64,000 nucleotides of DNA from an uncultured delta proteobacterium. Lineage in GTDB: Bacteria; Myxococcota_A; Polyangia; Polyangiales; Polyangiaceae. Below are positions 63,912 through 64,000 of this stretch, piece by piece. The notes under the pieces were generated by a model. It worked only from the letters and a program-made list of their open reading frames with translations, had not been told where the DNA came from and made no database searches. The stretch covers positions 225,901-289,900 of the forward strand of contig CAVQUB010000001.1 of the NCBI GenBank assembly GCA_963716725.1, given 5' to 3'. Both the position numbers and the translations under genes were made by a program. Within the stretch, counting starts at the first letter, position 1; every line of letters starts with the position of its first letter.

Positions 63912-64000
63912 GCGTCAGCCCGCCGCTACGATGCAGCCCGGGTCGTCCTCGAAGACGAACCGGGCTGTTCCGTTTTCTGCGGATCTGCGCGCTCGTCAAC

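Larger units (their letters stand above)
60666..64000 (+). mobile_element. IS21-family insertion sequence; right end at the window edge
   Basis: istA/istB pair. The left end tgtcggc..ccgcggaattctgagcagcccg is an imperfect inverted repeat of the last 40 bases (cgggctgttccgttttctgcgg..gtcaac). Confidence 0.88.

Overview
High-GC bacterial chromosomal window. Gene content and the many Cys-rich lipoproteins suggest Myxococcota (inference). Bases 1-31 kb hold housekeeping and envelope genes: holB, uvrC, tamAB, rsmE, a penicillin acylase family enzyme, an orphan response regulator and several lipoproteins. Bases 31.4-49 kb hold the dcw cluster (mraZ to ftsZ), without murB or ddl and with a 30-bp VNTR insert between murG and murC. 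The main finding lies downstream of ftsZ. The ftsZ 3' end occurs three times as direct repeats (48941-49006, 53340-53405, 60585-60641). These delimit two tandem integrase-free modules of about 4.4 kb and 5.1 kb (the second excluding an intron). Both modules share non-coding arms, and both carry a divergent trypsin-like serine-protease lipoprotein followed by a small Cys-rich lipoprotein. One protease has an (ACAG)11 tract in its 5' end. A group II intron with apparently non-canonical termini sits in the hairpin of the second arm, and an IS21-family element follows the third ftsZ-tail copy. Several single-base frameshifts suggest the assembly may contain indel errors. All calls come from reading the sequence; no searches were run.
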